Of a stretch of 64,000 bases of DNA, positions 59,083 through 64,000 are shown piece after piece. The translations under genes were made by a program, and so were the position numbers. Source of the DNA: Candidatus Obscuribacteraceae bacterium. Its GTDB lineage: Bacteria; Cyanobacteriota; Vampirovibrionia; Obscuribacterales; Obscuribacteraceae. The notes under the pieces are model-generated. The model worked only from the letters and a program-made list of their open reading frames with translations, was not told the origin of the DNA and made no database searches. The stretch is from the NCBI GenBank assembly GCA_044226015.1, contig JBGAHS010000004.1, positions 640,001-704,000 of the forward strand, written 5' to 3'. Within the stretch, counting starts at the first letter, position 1. Each line of letters begins with the position of its first letter.

Positions 59083-59358
59083 CCGAAACTGTACCGCTTG
59101 AGTTGCTAACCGAAACGGTACCGCTTGAGTTGCTGACCGAAACGAGTACCGCTTGAGTTGCTGACCGAAACGGTACCGCTTGAGTTGCTGACCGAAACGG
59201 TACCGCTTGAGTTGCTAACCGAAACGGTACCGCTTGAGTTGCTAACCGAAACGGTACCGCTTGAGTTGCTAGCCGAAACGGTACCGCTTGAGTTGCTGAC
59301 CGAAACGGTACCGCTTGAGTTGTTGACCGAAACGGTACCGCTTGAGTTGCTAACCGAA
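59083..59358. repeat. Tandem array, 10 x 27-bp CCGAAACGGTACCGCTTGAGTTGCT(A/G)A (CGGTACCG family)
   Basis: Fills the whole gap between two convergent stop codons (59081 and 59359). Confidence 0.96.
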
Positions 59359-60984
59359 TTACGTTTGCATTTGCACGACATTCGCTTGCGCAAGGATGAT
59401 CGTTTCCTTCATCGGCACAAACTTGCTTCCACTCAGGCTTACTGTTATACGGCCCAGAAAGTTCATGTCGTCACGCGCAGGAAAATCTGCCCTAAAATGG
59501 GCTCCTCTTGATTCTTTTCGCAATAGTGCAGACTCGGCGATGAGTGCTCCCAGGGTGCCAATATTTGCTGCTTCAATTGTTCGTTGTCTCAATACAGGCT
59601 TTATCGGTTTGCTTGCATTTATATCGTTGAGCAATTTGACCAGTGCTTGTTCATCGCGAATAAGCCCAGCAACTGAGGACATCTGGTGTTTGAATTCCTC
59701 AATTCTTGATGGAACAAAAATGGAAGAAGTGCTGATGCGTGGAATGCGGGTTACATTGGCTGCCGCCTTCAGTGGTCCGAATTTTCCCTCTGCGACTATT
59801 GCTCGAGCGACTCTCAATGCACTTACCCCGCCTTCAAGCAAGGAATTGCTTGCGAGTCTATTCGCTCCATGGAATCCAGATGAGGCACACTCGCCAATTG
59901 CATAAAGTCCTTCGATGGATGTATGACCGAATTCATCGGTCCAGATGCCACCCATGAAATAGTGCGCCGCTGGTGATACTGGAATGCTGCGCTCAAGCGG
60001 GTCTATGCCCCAGTTTCTGCAAGCTGCAACGATATTCGGGAACTCTTCAAGTATTTTTTTTGCTCCGATGGGGCGTAAATCTAAGTGTACAAAGTTCTGA
60101 TTCTCTTGCTTCATAATTGCTGCTATGCCCCGGGAAACAATGTCTCGGGTAGCCAGTTCGCCATCCTTATGGAAACCGAACATAAATCTGTTTCCACTTG
60201 AATCAAGCAGATGTGCCCCTGCTCCTCTCACAGCTTCAGTGATTAGCGAGGCTGGAGCACCAGGAAGATATAGAGCCGTAGGATGAAACTGAACAAATTC
60301 CATATCAACCAGCGTAGCTCCAGCTCGATAGGCCATCGCTATACCGTCACCTGTGGCAACTCGAGGGTTTGTTGTTCTCTCAAATACCTGTCCGAGTCCG
60401 CCCGATGCTAGTATCACTCGTGGTGCCAAAATATCTATAAGAGCATCTTCTTTCAAGACACGAAGACCAGTGCAGCGTCCGTCTGAACTGAGCAGATCCA
60501 CCGCGAACATTTCCTCGAAAAGAGCAATTCTTTTCGACTTACGAATGTTGGCAATCAAAGTTTGGCTGATTGCTCTGCCGGAGGCATCTTTTACGTGCAA
60601 TACTCGCGACTGGCTATGCCCGCCCTCTCTGGCAAGCGATAGCTTGCTTCCTTCTCTATCAAAGCCGCATCCGAGCCTCTCTAGTTTTGTAAAAAGCTCG
60701 CGTCCATCTTCGATTATTCCGCTTGCAACCTGAACATCGCAAAGTCCAGCGCCAGCGCTGATGGTGTCAGCAAGGTGCTGCCAGCTGTTGTCTAGAGGGT
60801 TCTCTCCTGTTGTGATAGCAATTCCACCTTGTGCCCATGATGTGTTCGAGTCCTCCAGTCTACCCTTGCAAATCAGCGCCGCTCTCATCCCTTCCGCGTC
60901 CAATTCAAGTGCGAGCATTAGTCCAGCTATACCGGATCCAACGATAACTGCGTCGTAACGACTGATGATGTTTGTTTGGGTCAT
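59359..60984 (-). CDS. nadB: L-aspartate oxidase
   Basis: GSGIAGL, NTSWAQGGIA, REGGHS, EFVQFHPT, AAHYFMGG, HGANRLASNSLLE, ESRGAHFR. Confidence 0.96.
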   Translation of the reverse strand: MTQTNIISRYDAVIVGSGIAGLMLALELDAEGMRAALICKGRLEDSNTSWAQGGIAITTGENPLDNSWQHLADTISAGAGLCDVQVASGIIEDGRELFTKLERLGCGFDREGSKLSLAREGGHSQSRVLHVKDASGRAISQTLIANIRKSKRIALFEEMFAVDLLSSDGRCTGLRVLKEDALIDILAPRVILASGGLGQVFERTTNPRVATGDGIAMAYRAGATLVDMEFVQFHPTALYLPGAPASLITEAVRGAGAHLLDSSGNRFMFGFHKDGELATRDIVSRGIAAIMKQENQNFVHLDLRPIGAKKILEEFPNIVAACRNWGIDPLERSIPVSPAAHYFMGGIWTDEFGHTSIEGLYAIGECASSGFHGANRLASNSLLEGGVSALRVARAIVAEGKFGPLKAAANVTRIPRISTSSIFVPSRIEEFKHQMSSVAGLIRDEQALVKLLNDINASKPIKPVLRQRTIEAANIGTLGALIAESALLRKESRGAHFRADFPARDDMNFLGRITVSLSGSKFVPMKETIILAQANVVQMQT

Positions 60985-61037
60985 TGTCTTAACCCTCCGC
61001 TTTTAGAATATTGAGGACGGTGCGGTCGATTGCTGTT

Positions 61038-62027
61038 TTAGAATATTGAAACCATGCGGTCGATTGCTGTTTTTGCTTTTCTTGCAGTTTCTTCGTCGAC
61101 TGTGACGTGATAAACGTCTTCCTTCAGGGCATTGTGCAGATTTTCTATCGTTATCATTTTCATGTATCTGCAACTCATTTCGCTTTCGATGGGATGAAAG
61201 GTCTTCGTGGGGTTCTCTTTCTTCAAACGATGCAGAATGCCTATTTCGGTAGCCACCACAAACTCATCGGCGCTAGATTCTGCCGCTCGTCTTATCATTC
61301 CTTCTGTCGAAGTGACCTTGAGCTGTGAGCCGCCATTTTGTCTGATTACTCTGTCGAGGTATGGTGTTAAGCAACCGCACTCAGGGTGAATTAATAGTTC
61401 GGCAGATGGAAATTCAGCAATTTTTTCATCAATTGCTTTTGGCGGAACCATCGCATGTACGTGGCATTCACCCATCCAAATGTGCATGTTTTTTCTGCCA
61501 GTGAGTTTTTGTACCCACGAGCCCAAAAATTGGTCAGGAAGAAAGAGGATTTCCTTATCCTTGGGAATCGCTTGCACCACCTTTAGTGCATTACCGGAGG
61601 TGCAGCAGTAGTCTGATTCTGCTTTTACCGCAGCGCTAGTGTTAACGTATGAGACTACTATGGCATTTGGATGTTCAGACTTCCATTCGCGCAGCTGCTC
61701 AACATTGATGGAAGCTGCAAGGGAGCAGCCGGCATCGAGATTAGGTATTAAAACTCTTTTGTCGGGGCAGAGAATGGCTGCTGTTTCAGCCATGAAATGC
61801 ACTCCACAAAATACAATTGTTTTTTCCTTTCGTTTGGCTGCTTCTTGAGATAGTCCGAGAGAGTCACCCACATAATCTGCAAGGTCTTGAATCTCTGGTA
61901 TCTGATAGTTGTGTGCCAGAACTACAGCATTTCTTTTGCGTGCAAGTTCGTAAATTTCTTGTGCCATCGCTGCTCGTGCAACTGTGTCAGAGCAGGGGCT
62001 TTTGTTCGTTTTTAACATGGCTTTCAC
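61038..62027 (-). CDS. nadA: Quinolinate synthase
   Basis: LAHNYQ, GDSLGL, FCGVHFMAETA, AGCSLA, YVNTSA, HPEC, CRYMK. Confidence 0.97.
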   Translation of the reverse strand: MKAMLKTNKSPCSDTVARAAMAQEIYELARKRNAVVLAHNYQIPEIQDLADYVGDSLGLSQEAAKRKEKTIVFCGVHFMAETAAILCPDKRVLIPNLDAGCSLAASINVEQLREWKSEHPNAIVVSYVNTSAAVKAESDYCCTSGNALKVVQAIPKDKEILFLPDQFLGSWVQKLTGRKNMHIWMGECHVHAMVPPKAIDEKIAEFPSAELLIHPECGCLTPYLDRVIRQNGGSQLKVTSTEGMIRRAAESSADEFVVATEIGILHRLKKENPTKTFHPIESEMSCRYMKMITIENLHNALKEDVYHVTVDEETARKAKTAIDRMVSIF

Positions 62028-62995
62028 TCCTCAAATTCAAGGCTCAGATCAACGTTTTTCACTGAGTGTGTAAGTGCACCTATCGAAATGCCGTTCACTC
62101 CAGGAATCAGATAATTGGATAAATTCTCCAGATTGATTCCGCCGGACACTTCTATATAACTTTTACCGTTGTTCAGGTTTACTGCTTCCATCACTTGTTC
62201 CGGGCTCATGTTGTCTAGCATGATCCTCTCTACTTCAAGGTCCAGAGCTTCTTTCAGCTGTTCTATGGTGTTTACTTCAACTTCGATTTGTACTTCTGGG
62301 TAGGCTAGCCTTGCTCTCTTGACGGCTGGTCTGACACCGCCTGCGATGGCGCGGTGATTGTCTTTTATTAGAATCATGTCGTAGAGACCGAAGCGATGGT
62401 TCGTGCCTCCCCCAGCTCTAACGGCAGCCTTTTCCAGAATTCTCAATCCGGGCGTAGTCTTCCGCGTATCAAGAATCTCTATGTCGAATGGCTTCGCCTT
62501 ATCGCTATAGTTTGCGGTCATGGTGGCAATTCCAGACATGCGCTGAATCAGATTCAGTGCTGTCCGCTCTGCTGCTAGTATGGCTCGAGCATTGCCTTCC
62601 ATGCGCGCAACGCAGTACGGAACATGTGTGATTCTCTCGCCTTCGCTGACTCTAGTTTCGAAAGCCAGGTCGGGGTCCAGCTGCTTCATTGCAAGTTCGA
62701 ATATCTTCAGTCCGGCAACTACGGCTGCTTCCTTCAATACAAGTGAAGCTGTGCATTTAGAGTCTTCGGGTACGATGGAGTTGCCTGTGATATCTCCAGT
62801 AGATATGTCTTCAGCGAATGCCATTTCAACAATTTTCTTTGCGGCTGCGATGAACTCCACTTGTTGTTCTGCTTTATGACTAGAGTTAGCAGAGGAGCCG
62901 AGTGAAGCATCCTTCAAAGTGCTTTTTTGCAGGTCTGTTGTTCGGATTGCATTGCTATCGGGGCTTTTTTCTCGGTTTTCTTTCTGCTTTGTCAT
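62024..62995 (-). CDS. nadC: Nicotinate-nucleotide diphosphorylase (carboxylating)
   Basis: GDIT, ERTALN, DTRKTTPGLR, HRFGLYD.ILIKDNH, IMLDN, EVSGGI. Confidence 0.96.
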   Translation of the reverse strand: MTKQKENREKSPDSNAIRTTDLQKSTLKDASLGSSANSSHKAEQQVEFIAAAKKIVEMAFAEDISTGDITGNSIVPEDSKCTASLVLKEAAVVAGLKIFELAMKQLDPDLAFETRVSEGERITHVPYCVARMEGNARAILAAERTALNLIQRMSGIATMTANYSDKAKPFDIEILDTRKTTPGLRILEKAAVRAGGGTNHRFGLYDMILIKDNHRAIAGGVRPAVKRARLAYPEVQIEVEVNTIEQLKEALDLEVERIMLDNMSPEQVMEAVNLNNGKSYIEVSGGINLENLSNYLIPGVNGISIGALTHSVKNVDLSLEFEE

Positions 62996-63462
62996 TTTTA
63001 CGTAGGTCCTGTTTTAGAGTAATCGTGAATCTGACGCTAATTGCATGATAGCACCAAATATTGAATTCCGCTAGATATACCAAATTACTAAACAATTTGG
63101 TGTCCGGAGCCTTGGACTAAAAGTTACAGTTACATTACTTCCTCGCTTATCGGCATGTAATTTTGACGACAGATTGATTAAAGGAATCTCGTTTTCGCGA
63201 CAGGCATTACCGCTTGCAAACTGTTCTTGGTCGACAGTTATGAGCAAGCATTTAAGAGTTTTGTGGCGAAAACTGAACTGCTTGAAAAGTTCGATGATCC
63301 TGAAAGCGAAGCCGGTTAAGTCCCGCTTGGCATCATGTTTTGTGAAGGGCTGATAAAAACTTACTAAGTTTGAAAAATAATACTGTAATAATTAGCCAAT
63401 TGCGCTTACATTCTAATTAGATGATCAGCGTGTTAAGCGCATTCTAGATTGGGAGACCCGAT

Positions 63463-63750
63463 ATGTCCCGTCCGATTCTCAAGCATACAATTCCTGCTTT
63501 GCTGATATTGGGAGTAATTCCATTTTTCAGCCAGGAATCCTCTGCTTACGACCAGCAGGTTTACAACAACCTTATGAAGTCGAGAGATGCACTCGTCTCG
63601 CAGCAGCAAGAACTGCAGCAAGCCTATGACGCGACACAGAAACAGATTGATGGTTTGAACGCTAAGTTGACTCGAATTGATGCTTACTTGAAACAAGTAA
63701 ATAGCTCATTGAAGGATGTGGATACTGCTTTGCTCTATGCGAAGCAATAG
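63463..63750 (+). CDS. Small secreted coiled-coil hypothetical protein
   Basis: Signal-peptide-like N-terminus, Gln-rich heptads; GGGAG RBS. Confidence 0.7.
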   Translation: MSRPILKHTIPALLILGVIPFFSQESSAYDQQVYNNLMKSRDALVSQQQELQQAYDATQKQIDGLNAKLTRIDAYLKQVNSSLKDVDTALLYAKQ

Positions 63751-63790
63751 ACCGGGCTGCCCGGCTCGGCACTATTATTTGGAGGGGGAC

Positions 63791-64000
63791 GTGATGCGCA
63801 GGTTATTGAATTTTGGACTAGGAAGCACGTTGGTGTTGGCTGCGCTTTGCAGTCCACTAACATTGGCTGCTGAGCCTTCAGCAGAATCGAACTCTATCCC
63901 TTCCAAGTCGCAGGAGGAAACGAGCCTTGGTGCTGCAACCCCAGAAGTTGTAGTGGACTGTATTGAGCCGCATCTTTGTTGTGCTGAATCTGGCAAGGTG
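63791..64000 (+). CDS. 5' part of a secreted hypothetical protein (truncated by the window edge)
   Basis: GGAGG RBS at 63781; open frame MRRLLNFGLGSTLVLAALCSPLTLAAEPSAES... runs to the end of the window. Confidence 0.6.
   Translation, partial: MMRRLLNFGLGSTLVLAALCSPLTLAAEPSAESNSIPSKSQEETSLGAATPEVVVDCIEPHLCCAESGKV

Noticed and set aside
62996..63462. NAD-regulator operator or riboswitch upstream of nadC
   Set aside because: AT-rich divergent promoter region, but no palindrome that I can confidently match to NadR, NiaR or NrtR sites.
1..64000. Cyanobacterial HIP1 (GCGATCGC) enrichment
   Set aside because: I did not notice it recurring; the iterated palindrome here is CGGTACCG and is almost entirely intergenic, unlike HIP1.

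Overview
Bacterial chromosomal segment with about 40 protein-coding genes and no rRNA, tRNA, CRISPR array or cas gene that I can see. Housekeeping genes (potD, metG, coaBC, rluB-rodZ-rimO, PPDK regulator-ppdK, an M16 protease, an SDR, nadC-nadA-nadB) are interleaved with six Hanks-type Ser/Thr kinase-like genes, TPR, FecR-like and VIT proteins and a CHASE2 histidine kinase/response regulator pair. That mix suggests non-photosynthetic Cyanobacteriota (Vampirovibrionia/Melainabacteria, Obscuribacterales-like); this is an inference, not a database result. Two things stand out. (1) A dispersed family of intergenic elements built on the palindromic core AAGCGGTACCGTTT/AAACGGTACCGCTT occurs at 11 loci (about 80 copies counted by eye), locally amplified as 27-28, 33 or 64-68 bp tandem arrays. 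They sit at gene 3' ends and never between divergent genes. (2) An IS1595-transposase-derived gene appears to have its DDE catalytic core replaced by a DprA-like winged helix and is followed by a cluster of hairpins, including a perfect 23-bp inverted repeat. Many unrelated short tandem duplications also occur, both at stop codons and in-frame inside ORFs. All family assignments come from motif recognition by eye; no searches were run.
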